Source: an uncultured delta proteobacterium (lineage in GTDB: Bacteria > Desulfobacterota > WTBG01 > CAIYCZ01 > CAIRTM01). Taken from it: a DNA stretch of 64,000 bases. Below are positions 32,240 to 43,421 of the stretch, in pieces; position 1 is the stretch's first letter, and every line of letters starts with the position of its first letter. The stretch is taken from positions 1 through 64,000 of the forward strand of contig CAWDSQ010000024.1 in the NCBI GenBank assembly GCA_963804955.1, in the 5' to 3' direction. The position numbers and the translations under genes were made by a program. The notes under the pieces were generated by a model. That model saw only the letters and a program-made list of their open reading frames with translations. It was not told the origin of the DNA and searched no databases.

Positions 32240-33018
32240 GTGCCGACTAGCGGGAAACTCATTTCAACGGGCCGGCCGCGATTGCCCGACACGGTGACAT
32301 GGTTGTTATTGTAAAAGGCAGTCACTCCGCCGGGATTCCCGATCCGGACTTTAATGTCCGACACAGCATTGACGCTGTAGGTGTCACCTTTTTTGAGGGT
32401 CACCTCAAACACATGCTTGCCGTCAACTGTAAAGCGCATCCAGCAGCGTTCCGTCGCAGCAAAACGAATGGTAAACGGACTTGGCGCAGCTGCAGCCGAT
32501 GCATTGTCAGACTCTGCCGGCTTCTGCAGAACGGGTTGTGAAGCCGGCGCAATGGGCTGATCCTGCGAAGGGGCCTCCGGCTCGCGGGGCTGAACCATGA
32601 TCGGGGCATCAGCTTCATTGTCTGGATTCATGACAGTTTGAAGGGAAGGCCTCCCCATATAGCCAAAAAACAAAGCGCAGACCAGGAGCACCACCGCACC
32701 GGCAATAACCGGCACGGCATAGCCGGGAATCAGCAAGGGCCGGGAAGCATGCTTCACTTCCTTTGGAGCACTGCTGTAGGCGCTGCATGCACCTGCGTTT
32801 CATACAGCGCCAGGGCTTCATCAGGACTGATATCAAGCTCACTGGCATAGGCTTTGATAAACCCCCTGACATATGCCTCAGGAGGAAGAAGCTCTGTTTT
32901 ATCAGCCTCAAGAGCAGTCCAGCGTAAAGATGCCGATCCTGGTGCTCTCAGCTATATCTTTGAGCGTTTTGTTTTGTTTGAGCCTTTCGGCTTTGAGAAA
33001 TGCACCTGCACTATCCAT
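32240..33018 (-). CDS. rodZ: RodZ-like HTH plus DUF4115 protein (frameshifted; 3' end approximate)
   Basis: MDSAGAFLKAER..LP..AYVRGFIKAYA; TM helix; CWMRFTVDG..IGNPGG. Confidence 0.75.
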
Positions 33019-33240
33019 ACAAGACTTCACCTGTGCGAAAAAGAAACCAGACGAGCACTGTGCATAAGAGCATCCGACTCCTGCGTGTTTTCCGTTTAAA
33101 ATTCCTTCATTTTTTTAAAATATCATGCTGGTACGGGCAATACAAGAAAAAACAAAACCATGACCATACTGATAACCAGGCAACTGAATATAAAAAAGGC
33201 CGCCTGCTTTGAGATTTTCATTAAAATCCGGGCTGTGCTT

Positions 33241-33281
33241 TAAAAAAAAGCTTCCGCACAGACTGCGGAAGCTTTTTTTAA
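33241..33281. terminator. Bidirectional intrinsic terminator
   Basis: AAAAAAAAGCTTCCGCA-CAGAC-TGCGGAAGCTTTTTTT. Confidence 0.85.
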
Positions 33282-33302
33282 ACAGTTGCTCTGCAAAACA
33301 AG

Positions 33303-33488
33303 CTACTTGTCTTCTTTTTTCTTATTGATTATCGCATGATTCGGGCATACGCGGGCGCAGGCGCCGCACTCCACGCAGGTATCGGTATTGATCCGGTAGT
33401 ACCAGTCAAACTCCTCAACCGATTTGGTCGGACAGATTTCCCAGCAGGTCCCGCAGATCACGCAATCTTCAGTAATAAAATAAGCCAT
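33303..33488 (-). CDS. 2x[4Fe-4S] ferredoxin
   Basis: CVICGTCWEICP and CVECGACARVCP; AGGAG RBS. Confidence 0.92.
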   Translation of the reverse strand: MAYFITEDCVICGTCWEICPTKSVEEFDWYYRINTDTCVECGACARVCPNHAIINKKKEDK

Positions 33489-33501
33489 GCTTCCTCCTTT
33501 T

Positions 33502-34197
33502 TCACATCTCGACAACGCCGGATGAGATATTGTCAAAATTTTCAACGATCAGCGGCACGAGGTCATAATGGATGAAGCAGAACATCTCGCCGGGCTCCAG
33601 CTGCATCATGAACCGCGACGGGGGGTCGCCCATATTGAATGTCATGGTTTTAGTGCGGTACACAAGCGGGAAAGAATTTGTGCACCAGGCTGTTCCCGAA
33701 AGGCCGTGCACCAGCTCGCCGGTCGTCCAGGTATAGACTTTACACAGGCGCATGATGCGGTTGGCATCGGCTGTCACCATGATGACATCAGGGTCCGCCA
33801 CGTCTTCAAACCTGCCGATGACCAGATATTTATGATGCTTATAGACATGGGGTATCTGCTGATTGACCCGCCGCATGACCTGCCGGGTGGCATAGGCCTT
33901 GGTGGGGCCGATCGAGGTCGCCATGCCGACATCGAAATCCTCTTTGGTCATCTTTTTGTTGCCGATGCCGGAATAGACCGCGCCGCCGCACAGAACATTC
34001 TTGTTGATAATATAAAAAGGTTTTTTGCCCTCTTTGCCGTCCCACACCTCGGGGATCATGGCGCATTCAAACGACACATCATCGCCATAGGATTCAGCAT
34101 AATCAGGCGGCGTATCGCACAGCTTATAGGCGATGATATCGCGCGTATACCCCTCATGCTTTTTCAGGTACTCGGCGTATTCCTTATTCTTGCTCAT
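33502..34197 (-). CDS. DUF169 family protein
   Basis: Conserved-Cys pattern (FECA, LCGG, AWC), PDVIMV, MGD..SR..EMF; family recognised by eye. Confidence 0.7.
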   Translation of the reverse strand: MSKNKEYAEYLKKHEGYTRDIIAYKLCDTPPDYAESYGDDVSFECAMIPEVWDGKEGKKPFYIINKNVLCGGAVYSGIGNKKMTKEDFDVGMATSIGPTKAYATRQVMRRVNQQIPHVYKHHKYLVIGRFEDVADPDVIMVTADANRIMRLCKVYTWTTGELVHGLSGTAWCTNSFPLVYRTKTMTFNMGDPPSRFMMQLEPGEMFCFIHYDLVPLIVENFDNISSGVVEM

Positions 34198-34256
34198 ACA
34201 TCCTCCATAGTATCAGGTAATTGGATTTCAACTTTTCACATGGCTTACGACGGTTC

Positions 34257-35232
34257 TTACATCATCGCCAGCATCTCATCCAGATCCATGCCGAGCTTCT
34301 CCATCTGCTCGCGGATGGACTTCATGGAAACCTCTGCATAGCCGTTTTCTTTAGCATACTGCTCGGAATTGCCTACGATCATTTCAAGCATTTCAACCGG
34401 CACTTTTTTTATCATTGCCTGCGCTTCAGCGTCCCAGGGCATTGAAAAGACAGGCTCTTCACCGGCTTCATCCTGTACGGCCGGTTCCTCCGAAAATACC
34501 GATTTATCCTTTTTCTGCCAGAACGGCGAATGCGGCGGCTTGGTCATCTCGCGGCTGGCCTTCACATCGACTTTGACATTGCAAAGAATATTGGGAATCA
34601 TGTGGGCGAATTCCATGGGAATAATAATAAACAGCTGGTCCTGCTTAATCCGGTTATGCATGCGCCCGCCGAAATCGCCTCCCACGACCATGACGTTCTT
34701 GATATACCACGGCACGGCAAAAAGCTCCCCGCACAACGATGTGCCGAATGTGCCGTAGGGCTGCACCCCATCCTGGCACAGGCGGCAGCCGCCAAGTATG
34801 CAGGCATTGTGCGGATTGGTGACGACGACGATCCAGTCGACCTGCACGCCTTCAGGCACGTCGTCAAGAGGTGCTGCGCCTATGGCCTTGACCATGCCCG
34901 GCGGCAGGCAATAGGTGCCTGCCTTCAGCCTGGCAGCACCCTCATCGGTAAAAAAGGCGCTTGTTTTGGACAGATAATCACCGGCTACAATTTCCTTCTT
35001 ACCGGGAACAATGCCGGCATGATGCACGCCGACATAACAGTCATGATGATCGGCGTCGAAATACACCCTTTTTGCCTTCATCCATCGCATAACGCATAAT
35101 GGCGCAGGGAGTATCCTGAAGCGGCTCATATCCTGCCGGAACCTGATCCCGGAACAGGCTGATTGCAACGGGTTTGCCCCGGACTTTTGCTTTTGTGACT
35201 ATCATGTCGCTTAGTGCTTTAAGATCAACCAT
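34257..35232 (-). CDS. DUF169 family protein with C-terminal PCP_red-like domain (frameshift near 35080)
   Basis: PVAISL, PCA, DC.VG, PLD, SLCG, GD.GGR; C-terminal WDAEAQAMIKKVP...EQYAKENG. Confidence 0.7.
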
Positions 35233-35593
35233 ACGAGCTCCTTTCGATAACGTTTAATACAGCAGAATCATAATCTTTAGCATATAAATTATTATACTTA
35301 TCTCACATTAAACTGTCGAGCAAAACAGTAATTAAAATAAAAATATTCTAAATTTTTATTTTTCAAAATATATTTAAAATAATGCGGTTTAATAAAAAAA
35401 TGGCTACGAACTATCGCAACCATAGAGCTTATTCACATGGGGGAAAAAGGTCATTTATAGATGGCTTCTTTGCATGCTTGATTGTATCTGGTATGAAAGT
35501 ATTCTCAAGACTCATTCAAAGAGAGCACCTCCTGTAGGGCTTTATTGTCTGATACGGAAATTCATTTTCAGAGATGGAGCCGATGGTGAAAAA

Positions 35594-35767
35594 CTACTTA
35601 TTTTTCAAAGCGATAAACAAAGCGACAACAGCTACAAATGAAAGAATTAGAGGATTTTGCGCGACATTGAGTTCAGCTATTTGTTCCGGATCCAGACATG
35701 ATTTTGCCTGTATCCCCAGATACACTACTATTACTAAATTAATTAACGCCCCTATTGTTGTCAGCAT
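35594..35767 (-). CDS. Small (57 aa) two-helix membrane protein
   Basis: AAGGAG RBS; MLTTIGALINLVIVVYLG...LILSFVAVVALFIALKNK. Confidence 0.45.
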   Translation of the reverse strand: MLTTIGALINLVIVVYLGIQAKSCLDPEQIAELNVAQNPLILSFVAVVALFIALKNK

Positions 35768-35967
35768 ATAATTCTCCTTTTTAATAGACAGCCGGCAAAG
35801 TCAGGTTGTATCCGCTGCGGCTCACGAAACAAAACCGCATAAAAACATTCATTAAAACCACAGGTGGCTGTATAAAAAGATTTGTAGTAAAAACAAAAAT
35901 GGCAGCCCGTATTTAAAAGCAATCGTGCTGTTACTGTGCAGCATATTTTTTCAAAACTGCTTATAGA

Positions 35968-36480
35968 CTAATAAATAATGCAGATGATGACACCAAGAAT
36001 GCCGCTGACAATCGCTTCGAGAAAGCCGAGAATATCCAGCGTCAGGATGGAATCAAACACATCGGCAAGCATCGTAAGCACGCTATTGAACAGACACTCA
36101 AGCGTTCCCAATATACCGGTGGCAATAATACGTTCATCGCCATCTATAAGGGACATCTTTCCGTCGCCGGTCAAGGTAACGGTTGCCTGCATGCCGTCGA
36201 TTTCAAGAAGAAACGGCTTTCCGGGCTTTAACCCTGATGAAGGGAAACCGATAGTAACCGCTGAGCCCTTAAGATCAGGGATATAAACACTGCAGATATA
36301 CCCGGTTTGGGAATCAGCAACAATCCTTTCACTAAATACGCCTGCCGCCTTTAATGCGCTCTGGAAAAGGGCCGGTTGTACAACCGGCTCAAATGACCCC
36401 GCCTGAGTCGGAACAGGTCTGCACAGCAGCAGAACACATGCAGAAAAAGCAATACAAAAAATTTTCCCGGTCAATTTCAT
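35968..36480 (-). CDS. Secreted hypothetical protein with hydrophobic C-terminus
   Basis: GGAGGT RBS, signal peptide; last gene of the cytochrome operon. Confidence 0.6.
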   Translation of the reverse strand: MKLTGKIFCIAFSACVLLLCRPVPTQAGSFEPVVQPALFQSALKAAGVFSERIVADSQTGYICSVYIPDLKGSAVTIGFPSSGLKPGKPFLLEIDGMQATVTLTGDGKMSLIDGDERIIATGILGTLECLFNSVLTMLADVFDSILTLDILGFLEAIVSGILGVIICIIY

Positions 36481-36499
36481 ACCTCCGCGCTTGCTGAAA

Positions 36500-37090
36500 T
36501 TATTTAAATTTCTTCGGGTTAATTTCATACGTATGTAAGCCCTGCGGTTTTACAACGACAATGCTGAAGGGCTTCTGCAAAGCAAGCTTATCATATCTGA
36601 AATAAACTCTAATGGTTGCATAATAGGAGGAGAAGCCCTGGCCGGCGCTTTGAGAATGTGGCGATGCCTGAAAGTGATCCGCATGAATCATTTCCGGAAG
36701 AATCTTTTTGCCCTCCTGCATGGCATGTACCGTATAGCTGCGGGCAAATTCAATACTGGATCCGTATACGGTAATGTCGATCTGAAGCGCGGGATCCTGA
36801 AGTATGGCTTCCGGCTCCTCCATGGAAACTTCCCTGCCCTGCTGCGCCTTGATGCCGGCAAGCAGTGCAAGCTTGCACCACTTGGTACGCACAACTACCT
36901 CCGGAGCGGACGGGCCGCAGCCATAGAGGCTCATAACCGTTTTTTCTATATCACGCTGGCTTGCCCTTCCGAATTCAAGTGCTTCCTGTACCTGGCTGCG
37001 GGTAAGATTGTCTGTTATGGCATGCACAACGCTGCACGGACATACACACACGGCGCACACCATGATAATAAAAAAACTGGCTGCCTTCAT
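36500..37090 (-). CDS. Periplasmic hypothetical protein
   Basis: Signal peptide ending VHA; GGGAGG RBS; co-oriented, 17 nt after the porin gene. Confidence 0.65.
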   Translation of the reverse strand: MKAASFFIIMVCAVCVCPCSVVHAITDNLTRSQVQEALEFGRASQRDIEKTVMSLYGCGPSAPEVVVRTKWCKLALLAGIKAQQGREVSMEEPEAILQDPALQIDITVYGSSIEFARSYTVHAMQEGKKILPEMIHADHFQASPHSQSAGQGFSSYYATIRVYFRYDKLALQKPFSIVVVKPQGLHTYEINPKKFK

Positions 37091-37107
37091 TGTTCCTCCC
37101 CTTTCAT

Positions 37108-38940
37108 TTAAAATGACCAGCTTGCACCTACGCTGAGCATGTTGAAGTGGCCGTCAAAATAATTTTGATCATAATCATTATATTCCCGGTACATAAATCT
37201 TGAATGCAGCGTTAAATGTTTATTATAGGCATACACAATGCCGACTGAAGTTTGAACCTGTCCGATGGAAAGATCTGAAAAGTTGCCTATATTGCGCCCA
37301 TTAACATGTTTGTCAAAGTCGGCAGCGCTGCTGATGTAGGCGGCATCCCCGGTAAGATTTATTTGAGCCGTCAGTCGATATGCCGCCGAGAGGCTCCATG
37401 TCTGGCTGCGGCTGTCATAGGGAATATCATCATATTCGAAAAGGCCTTCAGCGCCATTCAGGTGATAGGTCTTGAGTGTCCCGAAGCTGTTTACGTTATT
37501 CTTCGCAATGGTATAGCCCCCGGTCAAAGTCAGGCGCTCGGTGGGCACATACCAGAGGTTGAGGCCATATTCCCACTGACCCTCATCGGAATCATAACGG
37601 CTGTTTTTCAGTTTGGCATAGCGCAGGTTCGTATTGAGCGTTAAATTATACAGCATGCTCCAGGTCATGCTCGCAGTATAGGTGTCCTCTTTTTTTGGCA
37701 GCGAAGTCTGCACAAGGCCCGGTATTGTTTGATCTTTCATAACAAGCGGTTCATGAACGCGTATCTTCTCATATTTCAGGTTATACCGAAGCTTTTTAAA
37801 CAACCGCTGATTCCAGGTGATCCGCCATGTATTTTTACGTGTTGTGTTCGGGTCGGAATTGTCTCTATCGATATCCTGCCACTGATAGGAGCAGGTAAGC
37901 CCCGAATTCCTGATTGGGTGCATATTAAGATCGAACCCGCCCCGCTTTGTATCCAGATCAATGCCTTCATGGCTTTTGTTTTCAAGGCTGTATTTGTTGT
38001 AGTACACATCGCAGGCCAGATATTTTGAAAAATATTTACTCAGGCGCGTTGCGATGCTGTTAAAGGTGGCGTTGGTATGGGTTTCAAGATTTTCACGCTT
38101 ACCATGCTGAACGGTGGCATAAACAGTTGAGTCCCATGGCAGGGCAGACCGGACATTAACCGTGTCAACATTCAGCCTGCTGTCAGGCACGAGGCTGTAG
38201 GGCGCCCGGCCCCTGACCTGAAAAAACGATGCGCCATTGCCGTATTCTGCCATGGGCGCAGCACCGTGTTCGGTAAAGGAGCGCATCAAATGATTATACG
38301 ATATGGTTGCGGGCCCCAGCGACATTTCCATGCCGGGGGCTATATCGTTAATGCTTGAATTGACGCGCTTGTTGCGCGAGGTGACGTGGCACTCGGAGCA
38401 TTTGCCGACTGTTGTGGCCTGCCGGTGCCCGAGCTTTTGATAGGATCGCATATCAAAGTTGAATTTTACAAAAGGCAGCGACGGGAGCAGAAGCGTATTG
38501 TTTGCCTTTAACTCCGATATAATCAGCTTATTGGACTCGCCGGTATCATAATCCCTTGTAAAGTCCTGATTCTTAAGCTGATCATGCTCCAGGTAGTGCT
38601 GAAAACGAATATAGCTGAAATCACTGCGCAGATAGCGGTTAAGGTCAAGGTTGAGATTATACGACTGGTCATTGTCATCAAGCATTCGCCCGGTCATATC
38701 GATATAATTTCTGCCATTGCTGGCTTGCAGGTCAAACAACGATTCGGCGCCTGACTGAAGCACATCATATTCGCCGACTTTACTGCGATTGCCGTCAGTA
38801 TTATAGAAATGATAGCCCCCGGATACGGCAGCGCTTACATTCACATTCTGCAAAGTGCTCTTTGCTTCCTGGGCGGAGGAGCCGCCGGGGCAACACATGA
38901 GTACACCGATGATCAGAATGGCTGAAATGAGGCGATTCAT
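37108..38940 (-). CDS. MtrB/PioB-like outer-membrane beta-barrel with one CXXCH (GSU2204-like)
   Basis: Signal peptide, alternating beta-strand pattern, C-terminal ASWSF, internal GKCSECHV; ATGA overlap with the decaheme gene. Confidence 0.85.
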   Translation of the reverse strand: MNRLISAILIIGVLMCCPGGSSAQEAKSTLQNVNVSAAVSGGYHFYNTDGNRSKVGEYDVLQSGAESLFDLQASNGRNYIDMTGRMLDDNDQSYNLNLDLNRYLRSDFSYIRFQHYLEHDQLKNQDFTRDYDTGESNKLIISELKANNTLLLPSLPFVKFNFDMRSYQKLGHRQATTVGKCSECHVTSRNKRVNSSINDIAPGMEMSLGPATISYNHLMRSFTEHGAAPMAEYGNGASFFQVRGRAPYSLVPDSRLNVDTVNVRSALPWDSTVYATVQHGKRENLETHTNATFNSIATRLSKYFSKYLACDVYYNKYSLENKSHEGIDLDTKRGGFDLNMHPIRNSGLTCSYQWQDIDRDNSDPNTTRKNTWRITWNQRLFKKLRYNLKYEKIRVHEPLVMKDQTIPGLVQTSLPKKEDTYTASMTWSMLYNLTLNTNLRYAKLKNSRYDSDEGQWEYGLNLWYVPTERLTLTGGYTIAKNNVNSFGTLKTYHLNGAEGLFEYDDIPYDSRSQTWSLSAAYRLTAQINLTGDAAYISSAADFDKHVNGRNIGNFSDLSIGQVQTSVGIVYAYNKHLTLHSRFMYREYNDYDQNYFDGHFNMLSVGASWSF

Positions 38941-39851
38941 CTCGTGAGACCTCCTCCATTGACCTGAGACGGAAGATCGCTTCCGTGCACTGCCGAATGG
39001 CACTGCACGCATGAAGTCAAAAACGCGCCCGGCGTAGGATAATCGCCGGCTTTGGGGTTTATCTGATGGCCGCGGTGACAGCGCAGGCAGAGAAACGGCT
39101 CGCTTTGACGCAGCAGATTGTTGGCGATTGTTCCGTGCGGCTCATGGCAGAGAGAGCAGTCTTCAACAACCGGCGCATGCTCAAAAACAAAAGGCCCCTG
39201 GTATTCTGCATGGCAGTCAAAGCAGACATCATTGAGACTCTGTTTCTTTAAATTGTTGTTTTCAGATCCGTGGTTGTTATGACAGCTGCCGCACTTCATC
39301 TTGTTTTCGCGCAGCGGATGATGCGATGGCAGCATGAGCTGTGCTTTCTTTTCCTGATGGCAGGTGAAACAGATGTCCGGATCACCGAGATAGACCATCT
39401 TGGGACCTGTAATCTTATGGGATTTATGGCATTCATTGCATCCCACGCCGTTGATCATATGAACATTTGCGCGCCAGTCCATCGTCGGGGACCCCTGATG
39501 GCAGGCCAGACACATCTGAGAGCTCTGTTCGGCAGGCATTTTGGCGAAGCTTATAATATCCTGAGCCTTGCCTTTGGTCTGAAGATGCCTGCTGCCCGGG
39601 CCGTGACAGGTTTCGCATCCCCGCTGCATGCCTTTGAGTTCAGCGGCATTCAAACGGTAATGCATGGTCTTTTTAAACTGCTGATACACGTCGTCATGAC
39701 ACGGGACACACGAGTCTGTACCGACATAAAATGCGCCTTCGATCAGCGGCAGTTCCTGCCTGTTTTCACCGGCTTTAAGAAAACGCTGGCAGCTGAAAGC
39801 GAGGAAAGCGCACAGTATGCTTATGAATAATGCGGCTGCGGATCGGTTCAT
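38937..39851 (-). CDS. MtrA/DmsE-family decaheme cytochrome c, probable lipoprotein
   Basis: 10 CXXCH; GCETCHGPGS.H, PSHHP, GPFVFEHAPVVEDC, CH..VHGSD.PS; AFSC lipobox-like. Confidence 0.93.
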   Translation of the reverse strand: MNRSAAALFISILCAFLAFSCQRFLKAGENRQELPLIEGAFYVGTDSCVPCHDDVYQQFKKTMHYRLNAAELKGMQRGCETCHGPGSRHLQTKGKAQDIISFAKMPAEQSSQMCLACHQGSPTMDWRANVHMINGVGCNECHKSHKITGPKMVYLGDPDICFTCHQEKKAQLMLPSHHPLRENKMKCGSCHNNHGSENNNLKKQSLNDVCFDCHAEYQGPFVFEHAPVVEDCSLCHEPHGTIANNLLRQSEPFLCLRCHRGHQINPKAGDYPTPGAFLTSCVQCHSAVHGSDLPSQVNGGGLTR

Positions 39852-39895
39852 AGACGGCTCTTAGTGTCCTTCACTGGGAATATGCATATAAAAAC

Positions 39896-41401
39896 CTATT
39901 TGTACGATTCGACAGGCTCTTTCAGCTGATATCTCTGCGGCCCGGCATGGGGGTCATGACAGGCCGAACACTTCTTCTCGGTAAAAATATTGTGTTTGTT
40001 GAAATCAGGCGCGGCAGCCTTTAAAAGGGCTTTTTGCGCCATGATATGACAGTCGGCGCACAGGCCGGTGGCAACGGAGCTGATACGCGCCTTGTGCCTG
40101 GCGCTGTGGCAAAAGTTGCACTCATTGCCCGGCTCAATGTCGATGCTGCGCTGATATTCCACAAAGGCTTTGTGCAGTGAGAGGGGTTCAGCCAGCTCGA
40201 CAGGTTCAGCGCCTTTCTCTCGCAGCAAAGGATGGCAGGTATGACAGATTCGCTCCTCATTGGATCTGAGCAGCTTCGTGTATTCTGAAGCATGGCTCTC
40301 GTGACAGAAATAGCAGTTTTTCAGCACTGACCGGTCATGAACAACGGCATTGTTGACCAGCTTGGTTTCATGGCAGCCCTGCCTGAAACACAAGCCAAGC
40401 GCCGCGGGCTTTTCCCGCTGCTCTGCAGTGACGTTATGGCAGGCTTTGCATTTATTTTCAGCCCAGGGCTTGTGAGGGCGCAGAACATCAGGTGAGGTCC
40501 TCAGTATATTGCGCACCGGGGGAAGCTTCGCGACAGTAAGGCAGTCCTTAAACTCCCTGTGGCAGGCAATGCACAAGTCTGCGCCGCCGCGCAGGCGGAG
40601 AAGCGACGGCTCGCCGGCGCCCGTGGCGTCAATACCTTTTTTAATGACCCCCTTCGCATGGGGGTTATGGCAGGTAACGCAGTGAATGCCGGTATCGCCA
40701 AGAGGAAGAACAGCTGCAGCATGGCTGTCGCTTTGCAGCGCCTGTTTCATTCCGGCCGGCAGCTCTACAAGGTGGTCCGCCCGGGCTGGATGACGGCTTT
40801 TTTGCTGCTCGTGACATCCTATGCAGAGCCGGTCGCTGTCCTGTTTCAGAGGCGCATCCTTTATTTCGGATGCCGTTTCTATATCCGGCATCACCTGATG
40901 GCATTGCAGGCAGGCTTCCTCCTTGAGAACACCCAGCTGCGAAATCATCAGCTTATGCGGGTTCGGCTGTTCGAAGCGGGACCGCTCATGGCACGTGAAG
41001 CACATCGATTCGCCGGCAGGCTTATGCAGCCGCAGAAATTTGCTGTTAAAAACTCTCCCCAGCACAGTATCATACATTTGCGACTGAATATCATGACAGG
41101 TAAGGCAGGTCAGCCTTCCGCCGCTCAGGGGCCAGCCTGCAGGTATCCGTTCTTTCATCTGTTCTGGCGCAGCAATATTTACCTGATGCACCTCAAAGCG
41201 GGCTTCGGAGCCTGGTCCATGACACCGGTTGCACAGGGCATTGATGTCGCCGCCTGAACGAAGGGCGGGAGGAGCGTTGTTTTCATGGCACTCCCCGCAG
41301 TGCATGCCGGTCCAGTGCGGGTTTACCATGGTTTCGGCCTGAACCGTATAAGCAGGCATCATAACAACCAAAGAAATCAGTAAAAGAAGCACCGGTCTCA
41401 T
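39896..41401 (-). CDS. Periplasmic multiheme cytochrome c (14 CXXCH plus 1 CX4CH)
   Basis: Manual motif count; signal peptide. Confidence 0.9.
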   Translation of the reverse strand: MRPVLLLLISLVVMMPAYTVQAETMVNPHWTGMHCGECHENNAPPALRSGGDINALCNRCHGPGSEARFEVHQVNIAAPEQMKERIPAGWPLSGGRLTCLTCHDIQSQMYDTVLGRVFNSKFLRLHKPAGESMCFTCHERSRFEQPNPHKLMISQLGVLKEEACLQCHQVMPDIETASEIKDAPLKQDSDRLCIGCHEQQKSRHPARADHLVELPAGMKQALQSDSHAAAVLPLGDTGIHCVTCHNPHAKGVIKKGIDATGAGEPSLLRLRGGADLCIACHREFKDCLTVAKLPPVRNILRTSPDVLRPHKPWAENKCKACHNVTAEQREKPAALGLCFRQGCHETKLVNNAVVHDRSVLKNCYFCHESHASEYTKLLRSNEERICHTCHPLLREKGAEPVELAEPLSLHKAFVEYQRSIDIEPGNECNFCHSARHKARISSVATGLCADCHIMAQKALLKAAAPDFNKHNIFTEKKCSACHDPHAGPQRYQLKEPVESYK

Positions 41402-43419
41402 TGGAGATCTCCGAAGGGAAACTGTTCTTTTTTCTCGATGCGTGCAGGCCGGTTATGAAAATACAGATGTTTAAACAGCGCTTCAGCGCCGTGACAGATG
41501 GAGCAGAACTGCCGGGGCAGGTCATACCTGAGAAAGCTTGTCGTTATCGTACCCTCGGCAAGACCGGTGCCCCTGCCCTTTTTCTTTCCGTCCCACTGGT
41601 GCGCATTGTGACAGGTCGAGCAGACAATGCCGCCCATAGGGGAGGTTCCTCCTGAGGGGGTAAAAAGGCATATATCGAGCTGGAGCCGTTTATTGGCGAT
41701 TTCAGATACACGGGAATAAAAGGCGCCGGGGTGCAGGCCGTAACGGGGCACATGTTTTCCGGCAATGCCGCCTTTCTCATGGCAGCCGGTACAGAGTGAT
41801 ACCATAATATTTTTAGCGGGCTTTTCTGATTTCAGCCACTCTTTGGGCACGGCAGTGCCCAGGGGCGCTGCCCACATGTATTCCTTTATTGTTGAGCCAT
41901 GGGAGACATGGCATGCACCGCAGACGGATGACTGGGCCGGAGCCTGGCCGAGGGCGTTTTTGTAGCCCGTGCGCCGCAATGCTCATGTCATGGGGTGTTC
42001 CTCTGACAAAACCCTGCTCAGGATGGCAGCTGATGCACAGTGCCACCTGTCCGCCATCCCCAAGCCTGAGATACCGGCCGTTTTTGCCTGCCTTGGAAAC
42101 ATCCGTAACAGGCGAAGGATCATGAACGTCATGGCAGGTCATGCACGCAACCTTGCCCTGGGCGGATTGTTCGCATGCGTCATTAAAAAGGGGCAGGCCT
42201 GCAGAGTTGACTGAAGAGGCCTTTGCCGCCGGATGCGCAGAGTTGCGGGGAACCGCCTTTTCAGCGCACTGTCCCGGCGCATGGCAGCTCTTGCAGTAGC
42301 TTTCAAAACATGTTGAAGAGGAGGGCAACTGGCGGGCCCACATAAACGGGCCGTTGCCCTTATGCACAGAGTGACAGGCGCCGCAGGGGCCGCTGCTGGC
42401 GCCGGTCGTATTCAGTGGGTTTTTTTGCGGATGTTCGGACAGGCGCAGATCATGCGTGCTTTTCAGAGTCTGGCTCTGCTTTTTATGACAGCGCACGCAG
42501 AGCCCGTCATCCCCGGCCTGCTCGTTGAGCAGAAATTCACTGTCTGCTGCATTATGAGTTCTATGGCACGTGAAGCAAATCAGGTCGCCCTGAACGCTCA
42601 GCACTATTTTCTCGCCGCTGCTCCAGGTTTCCGGTATCTGCACTGCGCTGTCGGGCCGTATGTCGACAGGGTGAGACATACCTGTTGGTGTCGGGGTCAT
42701 TGGGCTTTTTTGGCTTTTTCGTGTGGCAGACTTCACAGAGTATCGCCGGTGCGGCGGAGTCGCGCAGCCAGCAGCACCAGCCGCTTATCGCCGACGCCGC
42801 CATGCGCCATATGGCAGGTTTCGCAGATAATTTGATTTGACTTTTCAGTGCCGAACCGGCCGCCGGCTTTTATAATCGCTTCCGGCGCCTGCTCAACTGA
42901 CACATTCACAGGATGGTTGCCCTGAGCTGTTCCGCCCGTATTTTTTGTATGACAGCGGATGCAGAGTGAGGAGTTTATATTGGGCTCGCGTTTGAATGTC
43001 ATATTAATCGAATCGCGCGGCGAGAGTTCAGCATGCGGGGTGTGGCAGGTAGAGCACAGGAGCGCCCCTTTTTCATCCAAAGGGAAATTTGGCGGTATTG
43101 TCACGCGGTCTGAAGGTATGACTCCACTTTTATGGCTGGGAGTGTTGCATACCGTGTTGCGCGAATCCCGCACGGAGCCATCATGGCAGGAAAGGCACAT
43201 TTTGGTCTCGCCAACGCTGTCCTTGGATTCCTCGAACTGTGCGATAGGAGTGCTCTTGTGCTCTATAAAAAAAGTATAGACCCATCGATAATGGCAGATC
43301 GCGCATTTTTTAGCCGTATCAGACTCGCGCGGCACGCTGCCCTGCTGCGCGGGTGAGGGGCAGGGTAAAAACAGAAAGATGCTCAGCAGCATCAGCAGGT
43401 AATGTAAGGTTTTCAGCAT
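41398..43419 (-). CDS. Periplasmic multiheme cytochrome c, about 16 hemes (frameshifted)
   Basis: ORFs 42733-43419 (5 motifs), junction CEVCH (1), 41813-42736 (6), 41398-41979 (4). Confidence 0.85.
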
Positions 43420-43421
43420 GG

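Noticed and set aside
32107..32757. RodZ-MiaA fusion suggested by the ORF track
   Set aside because: The read-through is best explained by an indel near the rodZ stop; the miaA start is itself frameshifted
26205..33018. Cluster of pseudogenes
   Set aside because: Includes essential genes with intact motifs; isolated indels fit sequencing error better
33303..35232. hgcAB mercury methylation genes
   Set aside because: No N(V/I)WCA(A/G)GK corrinoid motif, and the ferredoxin lacks the C-terminal Cys pair
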